Of a stretch of 64,000 bases of DNA, positions 54,346 to 64,000 are shown piece by piece. Positions within the stretch are counted from its first letter, which is position 1, and each line of letters begins with the position of its first letter. The stretch lies in contig JBJBCN010000003.1 of assembly GCA_047285805.1 (NCBI GenBank), positions 800,001 to 864,000 of the forward strand, given 5' to 3'. The translations under genes were made by a program, and so were the position numbers. This DNA comes from Synechococcus sp. GTDB taxonomy: Bacteria > Cyanobacteriota > Cyanobacteriia > PCC-6307 > Cyanobiaceae. The notes beneath the pieces were generated by a model, which was not told the DNA's origin, searched no databases, and was given only the letters and a program-made list of their open reading frames with translations.

Positions 54346-54437
54346 GAACCACACCCCAAGAACTTACCAGCCGGTGGGGCCCTTCTAGGCACTCTCCCTA
54401 CGATCGCCGCAGTGGACCTTGACCTTGGCTGGCTCCG

Positions 54438-54878
54438 ATGCACCTGCTGTTGCTGAACGGCCCCAACCTCAACCTGTTGGGGCAGCGCGAGCCGGGGCTC
54501 TACGGCGCTGACACCTTGGAGGTCATCGAGAAGCGACTGAGCGCTGAAGCCGGTGATCTGGGCGTTGCGCTCACCTGCTTCCAGAGCAACCACGAGGGGG
54601 GCCTCGTGGACCGGATCCATCAGGCCCGCGGTCAGGTGGATGGGATCTTGATTAACGCCGGGGCCTTCACCCATACATCCGTTGCGTTGCGGGATGCCCT
54701 GCTGGGGGTCGCGATTCCTTATGTGGAGCTTCATCTGAGTAACGTCCATGCCCGCGAGGCCTTCCGCCATCACTCCTATCTGGCGGATCAGGCGCTGGGG
54801 GTGATCAGCGGCTTTGGTCCGGCCAGCTACTCCCTCGCGCTGCAGGGTTTGGTGACCAAGTTGCGGGCCGCGTCATGA
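54438..54878 (+). CDS. aroQ: Type II 3-dehydroquinate dehydratase
   Basis: [31 protein letters not shown]. Confidence 0.96.
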   Translation: MHLLLLNGPNLNLLGQREPGLYGADTLEVIEKRLSAEAGDLGVALTCFQSNHEGGLVDRIHQARGQVDGILINAGAFTHTSVALRDALLGVAIPYVELHLSNVHAREAFRHHSYLADQALGVISGFGPASYSLALQGLVTKLRAAS

Positions 54879-55507
54879 CGGTGGTCATGGAGAGCCAGAC
54901 GGCGCGGGTCAAGTGGTTGGCGGCCCCGAGTTCGCAGGCCTGGTTGGAGCAGGCCGTGGCGCGCCCGGATTTGGTCTTGATCGACCACGCCCATTGCGAG
55001 CGCAAGGCGGCCGGTGTGGCCCTCCAGTTGATGTTTCGCTACCCCTCCGATGAGCAATTGGGGGAGCGACTGAGTGCCCTGGCGCGAGAAGAATTAGAGC
55101 ACTTTGAGCAGGTCCTGGCCCTGCTGCAGCGTCGCGGCATTCCCTTGAAGCCGCTACCTGCCCCCGCCTATGGCTCCAGCCTGATGGCCGAGGTCTGCAA
55201 GGCTGAGCCGCAACGGATGCTCGACACCTTTTTGGTGGCCGGCCTGATCGAGGCCCGCAGCCATGAGCGCATGGCCTTGCTGGCGGCCGAGAGCCCTGAC
55301 CCTGAGCTTCAGGCGCTGTACGGGGAACTTCTCGCCAGCGAGGCGCGGCACTTCGGTCTGTATTGGGTGCTTTGCGAGCAGCGTTTCGGACGCGAGGTCA
55401 CCGTGGAGCGGCTTCAGGAGTTGGCGGCCGTTGAAGCCCAGGCCCTCAGCGGCAGCTTGGAGCGTCCTGACCTGGTGCGGATGCACTCGGTGGGAATCGG
55501 GGATTAG
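54875..55507 (+). CDS. miaE: tRNA-(ms2io6A)-hydroxylase
   Basis: [31 protein letters not shown] di-iron motifs. Confidence 0.9.
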   Translation: MTVVMESQTARVKWLAAPSSQAWLEQAVARPDLVLIDHAHCERKAAGVALQLMFRYPSDEQLGERLSALAREELEHFEQVLALLQRRGIPLKPLPAPAYGSSLMAEVCKAEPQRMLDTFLVAGLIEARSHERMALLAAESPDPELQALYGELLASEARHFGLYWVLCEQRFGREVTVERLQELAAVEAQALSGSLERPDLVRMHSVGIGD

Positions 55508-56052
55508 CTCAGACGAGGGAAGCGATCGGCGATCGGGTCGCCGCTGAATTGCGCGACCCAGCCTTCGGGGTTGTCGAAGAAGCGAATGGCGCAGAAGGAG
55601 GGTTCGGCGCCCATGTCGAACCAGTGCTTGGTGCCGGCGGGAATGCTGATCCAGTCCTCGGCTTCGCAGAGCACCTGCAGCACCTCCTCGCCGATATGTA
55701 GGCAGAACAGCCCGCGACCTTCTACGAAGAAGCGAACCTCGTCTTCGGCGTGGGTGTGTTCTGAGAGGAACTTCTGGCGCAGCGCTTCTCGATCGGGGTG
55801 ATCCGGGTTCATCCGGATCGCATCGACGGTGGTGTAGCTGCCGCGCGCTTGCACCGCCTGGATCTCTTGGCTGTAGGCGGCGAGCACCGCATCGGGGCCG
55901 GCTCCGGCGGGGAGCTCGGCGCGGGCCGGCCAGCGCTCAAAGCCAATGCCGCGTTCGGCCAGTTCAGTGGCAATCACGGCCGGATCGTTGGTGGTCAGCT
56001 TGGGGAGCTGCGCGGCCTCGCCCGTGGCGTTGAACACCTTCAGGTCGCTCAT
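55504..56052 (-). CDS. mtnD: Acireductone dioxygenase
   Basis: FLSEHTHAEDEVRFF, PAGTKHWF, AIRFF. Confidence 0.93.
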   Translation of the reverse strand: MSDLKVFNATGEAAQLPKLTTNDPAVIATELAERGIGFERWPARAELPAGAGPDAVLAAYSQEIQAVQARGSYTTVDAIRMNPDHPDREALRQKFLSEHTHAEDEVRFFVEGRGLFCLHIGEEVLQVLCEAEDWISIPAGTKHWFDMGAEPSFCAIRFFDNPEGWVAQFSGDPIADRFPRLS

Positions 56053-56108
56053 CGCTCATCCCGCTGAGTGGCATCAGCCTAGAAAGGGGCCGACTGAGCC
56101 CCCTGTCC

Positions 56109-56867
56109 ATGCGCCCCAGCCCTGCCGCGGCAGTCACCCTGGTGGGGGTTGGTCCCGGTGACCCCAACCTTTTGACCCTGGCGGCGGTTCGGGCTATCGA
56201 GTCCGCGGCCGTTGTGGCCTACCCGGTCGCGCGCGCCGACGCCGAGGGCATGGCGGCGCAGATCGCCGCGCCGTGGATCACGGCGGAACAGCGGCGTCTG
56301 CCCCTGCTCTTCCCGATGGTGGCCGAGGCCGAGCCGCGGCAGCAGGCCTGGCGTGAGGCCGCCGCCGCTCTGGCTGCCGAGGCGGAGCGAGGGCTGGCGG
56401 TGGTCTTGCTATGCGAGGGGGACACCTCCCTGTTCGCGAGCTGCTCCTACGCCCTGTTGGCGTTGGCCGATCGCCATCCTTCGGTTTCGGTGGCCGTCGT
56501 TCCAGGCATCATGGCCGCAGCTGCCGCCGCAGCTGCCGCTTCAGGTCAGGGCCTGCCCTGGCCCCTGGCCCTGCAGCAGGAGGGGCTGTTGATTCGACCC
56601 ACTCCCGAGACTCGCGATGAGCTCGAGGCCTTGCTGGATTGGGCCCAGGCTCAGCAGGCGGTGTTGGCGTTGCTGAAGTTGGGCCGCCGCTGGCGCTGGG
56701 TGCAGCCGCTGTTGGAGCGGCGCGGACTGCTTGGCAGCAGCCTTTTTGCCCAACGGGTGGGCTGGCCCGATCAGCTCTTGGCCCGCGCGGATGCGATCAC
56801 GGCTGATGAGAGGCCTTACTTTTCACTCCTGCTGATCCGTCAGGGTTGGCCTGAGGTTCTGCCCTGA
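56109..56867 (+). CDS. cobI: Precorrin-2 C20-methyltransferase
   Basis: VGVGPGDPNLLT, CEGDTSLF, PYFSL. Confidence 0.88.
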   Translation: MRPSPAAAVTLVGVGPGDPNLLTLAAVRAIESAAVVAYPVARADAEGMAAQIAAPWITAEQRRLPLLFPMVAEAEPRQQAWREAAAALAAEAERGLAVVLLCEGDTSLFASCSYALLALADRHPSVSVAVVPGIMAAAAAAAAASGQGLPWPLALQQEGLLIRPTPETRDELEALLDWAQAQQAVLALLKLGRRWRWVQPLLERRGLLGSSLFAQRVGWPDQLLARADAITADERPYFSLLLIRQGWPEVLP

Positions 56868-56880
56868 AGGAGCTGCTGCC

Positions 56881-57522
56881 ATGAGCACCATCGCCTGGTT
56901 CGCCTTGCTGCACCCGGTGCTGGTGATCCTCTTCGTCTATCCCTTGATGGGGGCGACGGTCCGCCTGGGGTTGCTGGTGCGCGAGAAGCGCCTGGGGATC
57001 ACGAAACAGCCCGAGCCGGTGCCCCAGGAGCACGCGGATCATGGTCTTTGGCTGACGGTGGGCGTGATCGTCGCCGTGCTGATTGCACTGGTCTATTCCT
57101 TCTGCAAGGCCTACCTGGAGGCCGGCGCGGACTTCCGCGGCGGTATTAGCCGCTTCGCTCTCTTGTTGTTGGTCTCGACCGGTTCCTTGGTGGCCCTGGC
57201 GGCGCTCCTGGGGGTGCGCCGCGCCCTTTGGCGGGCAATCTTTGCGCTGCTCTGCTGGGCCGGCGTGCTGGGTTTGGGCAGTCAGGCGGAGATCTGGCGA
57301 CTCTCGGACAACCCCTTCAGAGCTGGCTTCTGGAGCTCTCACTATTGGGCCGGGGTGCTCCTGAGCGGCCTGATGCTCTTCACCCTCTCGGCGCGGCCTG
57401 AGATCAAGCGCATCCCTCGTCTGCGGCAGCTGCACATCAGCGCCAACGTGCTGATCCTTCTGTTGTTTGCGGTCCAAGGGGTGAGCGGCACCCGCGACCT
57501 GCTGCAGATCGGCGGCCGCTAG
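56881..57522 (+). CDS. DUF4079-family membrane protein
   Basis: LLHPVL, conserved His residues in TM helices, GTRDLL. Confidence 0.75.
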   Translation: MSTIAWFALLHPVLVILFVYPLMGATVRLGLLVREKRLGITKQPEPVPQEHADHGLWLTVGVIVAVLIALVYSFCKAYLEAGADFRGGISRFALLLLVSTGSLVALAALLGVRRALWRAIFALLCWAGVLGLGSQAEIWRLSDNPFRAGFWSSHYWAGVLLSGLMLFTLSARPEIKRIPRLRQLHISANVLILLLFAVQGVSGTRDLLQIGGR

Positions 57523-58526
57523 GCCGAGAGGGCCGCGGCGGTGTGATCCAGCAGGGCCATCGCTTGGTCAGGGGTCGGTGCACGCATCAAGGCGTGACGC
57601 AGCTGGGGTGCTCCGGTGAAGCCGTTGCAGGTCCAGCCCATGTGCTTTCGGGCGATGAGGAGTCCGTGGTCGCCTTTGGCTGCCACCAGGGCTTGGAGCT
57701 GTTCTTTGGCCAGCAGAACCCGCTCGAGGGGTGTGGGCTCCTCGGGGATCGGCCGGCCGCTGAGGGCTGCATCGATCTGGCCCACGAGCCAAGGGGCCCC
57801 CATGCTGCCCCGGCCCACCATCACCCCATCGGCTCCGGTCTGCTCGAGGCAGCGCAGGGCATCGGCGGCGGAGTTGACGTCGCCATTAGCAATCACCGGG
57901 ATGGCGAGGGCCCGTTTGACCGCGGCGATGGCGCCCCAATCGGCGCTTCCCTTAAACGCCTGCTCGCGGGTGCGGCCATGGAGGGTGAGTAATTGGGCCC
58001 CAGCGCTCTCGAGTTGCCGGCACCAGGCCGCCGGGTTTAGGTCGCTGCCGCACCAGCCCAGCCGGGTCTTCACGGTGACCGGGATCGAGACCGCCGCTGC
58101 GACCGTCTCCACGATTCGGCTGGCTAGATCGGGTTCGCGAATCAGTCCGCTGCCGCCGCCTTTTTTGGCGATCTTTTTGACCGGGCAGCCCATATTGATA
58201 TCGATCAGGAAGGCTCCGGCGGCTTCCGCCCTGCGGGCGGCATCGGCCATGGATTGTGGCCGGTAATCAAACAGCTGCACTCCGATCGGACCCTGTTCGA
58301 GCGCGAGCTCCTCCACCTTCTGCAGGCCATGGCCCAGCTCCAGGCTGGTGGCGTTGACCATCTCGGTGAACAGCAGGGCATCGGGGGCCCAGCGCCGCAC
58401 CAGGCCCCGGAAGATCCGATCGCTCACCCCGGCGAGCGGCGACTGCAGGGCGCGGCAACGCAGCTCCCGGGTTGCACCACGGCAGGGGAGTTGGAGCGGT
58501 GCGCTGGAGAGGGTGGGCGTGAACAT
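57519..58526 (-). CDS. dusB: tRNA dihydrouridine synthase
   Basis: SPLAGVSD, IDINMGCP, HGRT, ANGDV, GVMVGRG. Confidence 0.92.
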   Translation of the reverse strand: MFTPTLSSAPLQLPCRGATRELRCRALQSPLAGVSDRIFRGLVRRWAPDALLFTEMVNATSLELGHGLQKVEELALEQGPIGVQLFDYRPQSMADAARRAEAAGAFLIDINMGCPVKKIAKKGGGSGLIREPDLASRIVETVAAAVSIPVTVKTRLGWCGSDLNPAAWCRQLESAGAQLLTLHGRTREQAFKGSADWGAIAAVKRALAIPVIANGDVNSAADALRCLEQTGADGVMVGRGSMGAPWLVGQIDAALSGRPIPEEPTPLERVLLAKEQLQALVAAKGDHGLLIARKHMGWTCNGFTGAPQLRHALMRAPTPDQAMALLDHTAAALSA

Positions 58527-58554
58527 GGTGATTCGATTCTCGGACTCAAGGTCG

Positions 58555-59010
58555 ATGCCCGTTCCTTACCCCCTCAGTCGGGAGCTCTTGGAGGCGGTCC
58601 TGGAGGACCGCACCAGCGATCGTTTTGTTTGCGAATTGATTTGGCAGCGCCTGGGATATGAGCCCGATGGCGCGGGGATTTGGAGCGCCGGCCCTGAGAC
58701 GGACCTCAGCTGGCGGGAGTCTTTCCCTGCTGAGCCGCAGTTCATTGCCGAGCGTTCAGCGAGCGTGGCCCTCACCCGATCGGTTCCCAAGCCCTTCAAG
58801 CAATTGCTGAAGGAACAGCTGGGTTTCGCCGGCTACAAGATCGGTGGCCTCTATCCACGCCGAACCCGCCGGGCCACCGCCGTGAATTGGCTGCTGGCCC
58901 ACTTGGCGCAGCGGGGGGAGCCCCTACCCGTCAGCGGGCCGATGCCTCCGCTGTTGGATCAGCCGGCCGATCCAGTCCAGGGGCATCCAAGTGACCTGCC
59001 GATTGCCTGA
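58555..59010 (+). CDS. DUF1823-family protein
   Basis: KQLLKEQLGFAGY, PRRTRRATAVNWLL; ATG at 58555. Confidence 0.8.
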   Translation: MPVPYPLSRELLEAVLEDRTSDRFVCELIWQRLGYEPDGAGIWSAGPETDLSWRESFPAEPQFIAERSASVALTRSVPKPFKQLLKEQLGFAGYKIGGLYPRRTRRATAVNWLLAHLAQRGEPLPVSGPMPPLLDQPADPVQGHPSDLPIA

Positions 59011-59112
59011 TTCCCATGTGTTGAGCAGGAAGCGCCAAGGCCCAAAGGCCTACGACCAAAAGCTCCAAGCTCACGAGCTCCAGGATCCGGTGTGGAGCCC
59101 CGTCCGGCATGG

Positions 59113-59495
59113 TCAGGCCTGGATGGTGACGGGCGCTCCCTTGGGTGTGTTCTCAAATAACCAGCGGGCATGGGGGCTGGGAATGCGGATGCAGCCATGG
59201 CTGCGGTGCACGCCAAAGGCTTCATTGGCCTGCTCCTGCCAGGGAGCCCAGTGCATGCAAATCATTCCGTTCTGCGTGATCCACATAGCCCAGGGCACGT
59301 TTGGGGCCACATAGTCCCGGCCACGCATGGTCACGCTCCGATACTTGTCGTAGACCTGGCCAACTCCCATCGTTGTGGGTGTGGCGCCTTTGCCAGTGCT
59401 CAGAAGCACCGTGCGAACGAGCTCTTGTTGTCGGTTGAAGACGTAGAGCTTCTAGCCGAGAGATCGACCACGATCGAGGCAATCAGGTCCACCAT
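59113..59495 (-). pseudogene. L,D-transpeptidase (YkuD) gene with an apparent 1-nt deletion frameshift
   Basis: ATG 59495 reads [14 protein letters not shown], then the homologous sequence continues in another frame (KLYVFN...LSTGK...SHGCIR). The span is 383 nt, one short of a multiple of 3. Confidence 0.8.
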
Positions 59496-59635
59496 CGCGG
59501 GAGACCGCCGTCGGGCGGGGGACAGAACACCCTCTCTCTAGCGAGACTCGCTTGGTCTTGTTTCGAGACTGGTCGAAATATTTTCGCTTCTGTCGGCCTG
59601 TAGGGTCGGAATACGGCAGTTGTTGCGATAACTCT

Positions 59636-61000
59636 TTGGTGTTGCCCGTCGTTGCCATTATTGGCCGCCCCAACGTGGGCAAATCCACGCTTGTGAACCG
59701 CCTCTGCCGCAGTCGCGAGGCCATCGTTCACGACGAACCGGGAGTCACCCGTGACCGCACCTATCAACAGGGCTATTGGCGGGATCGTCATTTTAAGGTG
59801 GTCGACACCGGCGGCCTGGTGTTCGACGACGACAGTGAATTTCTGCCGGAGATTCGCGAGCAGGCCAACTTGGCTCTCTCGGAAGCTTCCGTCGCGGTGG
59901 TCATCGCCGATGGTCAGCAGGGCTTAACCGCGGCTGATGAGTCCATCGCGGAGTGGCTGCGGGGTCACAACGTCCCGGTGCTGCTCGCGGTCAATAAATG
60001 TGAGTCGCCCGAGGCTGGGCTTGCCATGGCGGCGGAGTTCTGGAGCCTCGGCCTCGGGGAGCCCTACCCGATTTCCGCGATCCACGGCGCGGGGACCGGC
60101 GATCTACTGGACCGGATGGTGGATCACCTGCCCGCCGCTGAAGAGCTGGAAGGCGCAGAGCCGATCCAAATGGCCATCGTTGGCCGCCCCAATGTGGGCA
60201 AGTCCAGTCTGCTCAATGCGGTCTGCGGCGAGAAGCGGGCCATCGTCAGCCCGATTCGCGGCACCACCCGGGACACGATCGACACCTCGATCGAGAGGGA
60301 AGGGAAGCCCTGGAAATTGCTGGATACCGCCGGCATTCGCCGACGCCGTTCGGTCAACTACGGGCCGGAGTACTTCGGCATCAACCGCAGCTTCAAGGCG
60401 ATTGAGCGCTCCGATGTCTGTGTGCTGGTAATAGATGCCCTCGATGGGGTCACCGAGCAGGATCAGCGCCTGGCGGGCCGCATTGAAGAAGAGGGCCGGG
60501 CCTGCGTCTTAGTGGTGAACAAGTGGGATGCTATCGAAAAGGACAGCCACACCATGCCGGCCATGGAAAAGGAGCTGCGTGCCAAGCTCTATTTCCTGGA
60601 TTGGGCACCCATGCTCTTCACCTCTGCCCTGACTGGTCAGCGCGTGGAAAGCATTTTTGCTATTGCGGCCGTGGCGGTCGAGCAGCACCGCCGCCGGGTC
60701 AGCACGTCGGTGGTCAACGAGGTGCTGCGGGAAGCCGTCAGCTGGCGCTCTCCCCCCACCAGCCGCGGCGGTCGCCAAGGCCGGATCTACTACGGCACTC
60801 AGGTGGCTGTTCGGCCTCCGAGCTTCACCCTGTTCGTTAACGACCCGAAGTTGTTTGGGGACACCTACCGTCGCTACGTCGAACGGCAAATCCGTGAGGG
60901 TCTGGGCTTTGAGGGGTCGCCGCTCAAGTTGTTCTGGCGCGGTAAACAGCAGCGCGACGCGGAGCGGGATCTGGCTCGGCAGCAGGCCAGGGGACGCTGA
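59636..61000 (+). CDS. der: Ribosome biogenesis GTPase Der (EngA)
   Basis: Two GRPNVGKS G-domains, DTGG / DTAG; TTG at 59636. Confidence 0.96.
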   Translation: MVLPVVAIIGRPNVGKSTLVNRLCRSREAIVHDEPGVTRDRTYQQGYWRDRHFKVVDTGGLVFDDDSEFLPEIREQANLALSEASVAVVIADGQQGLTAADESIAEWLRGHNVPVLLAVNKCESPEAGLAMAAEFWSLGLGEPYPISAIHGAGTGDLLDRMVDHLPAAEELEGAEPIQMAIVGRPNVGKSSLLNAVCGEKRAIVSPIRGTTRDTIDTSIEREGKPWKLLDTAGIRRRRSVNYGPEYFGINRSFKAIERSDVCVLVIDALDGVTEQDQRLAGRIEEEGRACVLVVNKWDAIEKDSHTMPAMEKELRAKLYFLDWAPMLFTSALTGQRVESIFAIAAVAVEQHRRRVSTSVVNEVLREAVSWRSPPTSRGGRQGRIYYGTQVAVRPPSFTLFVNDPKLFGDTYRRYVERQIREGLGFEGSPLKLFWRGKQQRDAERDLARQQARGR

Positions 61001-61024
61001 TCACCTGATCCCGCGTCAGCCCTG

Positions 61025-61933
61025 ATGGATTGGTTGCGGCAGATCCCCATCGGTCAGTACGTCGATGGGACGAACAGTTGGCTGCGGCTTCTTGATGCCC
61101 GCTTGAAGCTGAGCTGGACGGTGGCCTTTTTGCTGACCCCGATCTTGGCCGGACCCTGTTGGCGCCTGGCCTTGGTCGGCTTGCTGCTGCTGTTCACGGC
61201 GTTCAGTGGTCTGCCCTGGCGCCTCTGGCGCCGCACTCTGCCGCTTTTGCTCGTGCTCTCGCTCTTGGTGGGGGGCCTGGCCACCACCCTGCCGACGGGA
61301 TCCCTGGCGCCGGCCTCCTTGAACCGCCCTCCCCAGGAGCTGGAGCTCGGAGCGGAGCAGCAGGGGATGCGTTGGGAGCTGGTGCGGCTGGGGCCGGTGC
61401 AACTGGGCCCGCTGCCCTTGGGACCGTTGGTGGTGACCCGCCGCTCAGCGGAGCTGGGGGTCAACAGCGCCACGCTGCTGTTCACGGTGATTCACAGCGC
61501 CAATCTGCTGCTTCTAACGACTCCGCCGGAGGAGTTGGTTTGGGGCTTGAGCTGGTGCATGGCTCCCCTGGCTCGCTTGGGAGTTCCCGTGGAACGCCTC
61601 GGCTTCACCTTGCTGTTGGCCCTCCGGTTTCTGCCGCTGGTGCAGGAGGAGTTTCAGAACCTGTTGCGCTCCCTTGCCACCCGTTCGGTCAAGCTGCGGC
61701 GCTTGGGCTTCCAGGCGTCGGTCGGGCTGGTTTTGGCCCTGGGTGAGCGCCTGCTGGCCAACGTGTTGTTAAGGGCTGAACAGGGCGCGGAAGCCCTTTT
61801 GGCTCGGGGTGGTCAGTGGATCGCGCCCTCACAGCTGCTGCGTTCTCGCCTGCAGGCGCCGCTGCTTCAGGCCTTTGGTTGGCTAGGATTAGTTGTGGTG
61901 TTGGCGCTGCGCTGGCGCTTCGGTGCGCTTTGA
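61025..61933 (+). CDS. ECF transporter T component (CbiQ family)
   Basis: LDARLKL, TTPPEEL, LALRFLP, ARG motif. Confidence 0.85.
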   Translation: MDWLRQIPIGQYVDGTNSWLRLLDARLKLSWTVAFLLTPILAGPCWRLALVGLLLLFTAFSGLPWRLWRRTLPLLLVLSLLVGGLATTLPTGSLAPASLNRPPQELELGAEQQGMRWELVRLGPVQLGPLPLGPLVVTRRSAELGVNSATLLFTVIHSANLLLLTTPPEELVWGLSWCMAPLARLGVPVERLGFTLLLALRFLPLVQEEFQNLLRSLATRSVKLRRLGFQASVGLVLALGERLLANVLLRAEQGAEALLARGGQWIAPSQLLRSRLQAPLLQAFGWLGLVVVLALRWRFGAL

Positions 61934-61957
61934 TAGACGGTTGGCCGTCCTAGGCGT

Positions 61958-62224
61958 GTGAGCAACGAGCGCTACCTCAATCACCCCACATTTGGCTTGC
62001 TCTATCGCGTTGCCGAGGCCGGTGAAGGGCGCGAGCTGTACGCCACCCTCTACGCCCAGCGGATGTTTTTCCTGGTGACGGTGCAGGGCCGCAGCGTGGA
62101 ATTCGAGGTCATTCCCTTGATGGATGCGCGCCATCTCGCTGAGCAAAACCTCAACCGCGCTCGCCGCGAAGGCCCCGAAGTACATGCCGGCTGGCGAGAA
62201 TTGTTCGATAAGACCTTCATCTAA
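61958..62224 (+). CDS. pipX: PII-interacting protein X
   Basis: ERYLNHPTFGLLYRV, ATLYAQRMFFLV. Confidence 0.95.
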   Translation: MSNERYLNHPTFGLLYRVAEAGEGRELYATLYAQRMFFLVTVQGRSVEFEVIPLMDARHLAEQNLNRARREGPEVHAGWRELFDKTFI

Positions 62225-62227
62225 CGA

Positions 62228-62875
62228 TTGGGCCCCTCCCCTGCTGCAGCTAGTCTTCAGGCCCTGAACGAGCAGTTGCCCGCCCACACCCGCCTGTTGG
62301 CAGTGAGCAAGGGGTATACCGCGAGCAGCATTCGTGCCTTGGCGGAAGCCGGGCAGCGTAGTTTTGGTGAGAGCCGCCTCCAAGAGGCGATGGCCAAGCA
62401 GCAGGAGTTGGCCGATCTCGATGGGTTGGATTGGCATTTCATCGGTCGTCTTCAGGCCAACAAGGTGCGGCCAGTCCTCAAGCAATTCAGCGCGATTCAC
62501 TCCGTAGATTCCTTGGCCTTGGCCGAACGGGTTTCGCGGATTGCTGGTGAGGAGGGTCTCCGTCCCGCGGTCTTTCTGCAGGTGAAATTGCGCCCAGATC
62601 CCAACAAAGGGGGGCTCTCCGCTGATGAATTGGAGCAGGAATGGCCACGGCTTCAACAGCTCCCCAACCTGCGAATTGTGGGTCTGATGACCATGGCGCC
62701 CCTGGGGTTGGAGGTGCCTCAGCGGCAGGTCCTTTTTGCGGAATGTTCGGCTCTCGCGCAGCGTTTAGGGCTGCCGGAATTGTCAATGGGAATGAGTGGC
62801 GATTGGCCCGAGGCGGCTGCCGCCGGGAGCACTTGGGTGCGGGTGGGTTCTGCCCTGTTTGGCCCGAAGCCTTGA
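62228..62875 (+). CDS. pipY: PLP-binding YggS-family protein
   Basis: LLAVSK, FGESR, WHFIGRLQANK, LSMGMSGD, VRVGSALFG. Confidence 0.92.
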   Translation: MGPSPAAASLQALNEQLPAHTRLLAVSKGYTASSIRALAEAGQRSFGESRLQEAMAKQQELADLDGLDWHFIGRLQANKVRPVLKQFSAIHSVDSLALAERVSRIAGEEGLRPAVFLQVKLRPDPNKGGLSADELEQEWPRLQQLPNLRIVGLMTMAPLGLEVPQRQVLFAECSALAQRLGLPELSMGMSGDWPEAAAAGSTWVRVGSALFGPKP

Positions 62876-62969
62876 AACCAGCAAAAAAGCCAACAATGAC
62901 TCGCTGAAACCCTTGTCAGCACCCGCGTGGGACGCTATCTAAGTCAAAAGCCCACTCCGAGGTTTCACG

Positions 62970-63527
62970 GTGTCGTTGTTCTCCCGCCTGCGTGCAGTTG
63001 TCTCCGGAGACGATTACCTCGACGGTTACGACGATGAGGATCTGGATTACGACCAGGGCGACATGCCGGAAACCAGCGGTTCGACCCCCTCTGGCGCACT
63101 AGCGCTGACCAGCGATTTCGATTCCGTTGATCCCTTCGCGGGCAGCAACGTCATTGGCATGCCTGGTGTCTCCACCTCGGCGGCGGAAGTCACCTTGATG
63201 GAGCCCCGCAGCTTCGACGAGATGCCCCGCGCAATTCAGGCCCTGCGTGAGCGCAAGACCGTTATCCTCAACCTCACGATGATGGAGCCCGACCAGGCTC
63301 AGCGTGCGGTGGACTTCGTCGCAGGCGGCACTTTCGCCATCGATGGCCATCAAGAGCGCGTCGGCGAGAGCATCTTCCTGTTCGCCCCCAGCTGTGTCAC
63401 CGTGACAAGCGCCGGTAGCGAGGAAGCCTCGGCTCCCACCGTTGTCTCCCGCGAGAGCGTCGACGAGCCCCAGGACATCGCCCCTACTCCCGCTTGGGGC
63501 CGTGAGTACGGCGCGCACGTCGGTTGA
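62970..63527 (+). CDS. sepF: Cell division protein SepF
   Basis: [23 protein letters not shown]. Confidence 0.94.
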   Translation: MSLFSRLRAVVSGDDYLDGYDDEDLDYDQGDMPETSGSTPSGALALTSDFDSVDPFAGSNVIGMPGVSTSAAEVTLMEPRSFDEMPRAIQALRERKTVILNLTMMEPDQAQRAVDFVAGGTFAIDGHQERVGESIFLFAPSCVTVTSAGSEEASAPTVVSRESVDEPQDIAPTPAWGREYGAHVG

Positions 63528-64000
63528 GCAGCACCTCCCCCACCACCTTTGGGGTCGTTGGCCTGGGCCGCATGGCCCAGGCTTTGTTGTTTCCTTGGCT
63601 CGAGAGCGGTCTGGTGCAACGCACGGCCGTCCGTGCCGTGGTCGCGTCTGAAGCTTCGGCCCAGCGGCTCCAGGGCGAGAACTTGCGTGTGAGTGTCGAT
63701 GGCCAAGAGGCCTGGGCCGCTCCCGTGGTTCTGCTGGCGGTCAAGCCCCAACAGCTCGACGCGGTGGCGGCCGCCGCACCCGCTCCCGTGCTGGGGACGT
63801 CCCCCCTCTTGGTGTCGGTGTTGGCTGGGGTGAAGCTCGAGCGCCTGCAGCGGCTCTTCCCCGGCTGGCGGGTGGTGCGCTCGGTGCCCAATACCCCCTG
63901 CTTGGTGCGCGCTGGCCTGACGGCATTGGCCTGGGCAGAGGGTGTGGATGCGCAGCAGAAGCACTGGTTGCTGGAGTTGTTTGCCCAGGTCGGCGAGGTG
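63524..64000 (+). CDS. proC: Pyrroline-5-carboxylate reductase (5' part; runs off the window)
   Basis: Not in the track. TTG at 63524: [21 protein letters not shown]...LLAVKPQ...VSVLAGV...RSVPNTP. Confidence 0.9.
   Translation, partial: MSSTSPTTFGVVGLGRMAQALLFPWLESGLVQRTAVRAVVASEASAQRLQGENLRVSVDGQEAWAAPVVLLAVKPQQLDAVAAAAPAPVLGTSPLLVSVLAGVKLERLQRLFPGWRVVRSVPNTPCLVRAGLTALAWAEGVDAQQKHWLLELFAQVGEV

Noticed and set aside
59636..64000. der-ecfT-pipX-pipY-sepF-proC cluster and orphan EcfT as a novel system
   Set aside because: Known conserved cyanobacterial gene order.

Overview
GC-rich chromosomal segment from a picocyanobacterium (Synechococcus/Cyanobium-like, judged from the 16S rRNA, psaE, psbU, ndhO, pipX and som-type porin). 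It is mostly core genome. From left to right it holds a three-gene glycosyltransferase cluster divergent from an SLH porin; ndhO, iscA, zds, hemD, rbfA, aroK, a dual-domain PTPS, petL, rimO, VKOR, nadB, psbU, uppP and tolC; one complete rRNA operon (16S, tRNA-Ile, tRNA-Ala, 23S, 5S); mtnB/C/D, mutM, psaE and recQ; tRNA-Tyr/Thr; and der-ecfT-pipX-pipY-sepF-proC. No CRISPR array, integrase or transposase was seen. The most notable observation is a hairpin in the porin 3' UTR whose loop carries the Yfr1-type motif CTCCTCACAC and is perfectly complementary over 10 nt to the same gene's ribosome-binding region. Other candidates are a GT-C/TPR glycosylation module beside the porin, an NtcA-like box upstream of the porin, a possible pterin gene run, a long inverted repeat covering the zds RBS, duplicated 36-nt hairpins in the rrn leader, and a frameshifted L,D-transpeptidase. 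All calls come from reading the sequence; no searches were run.
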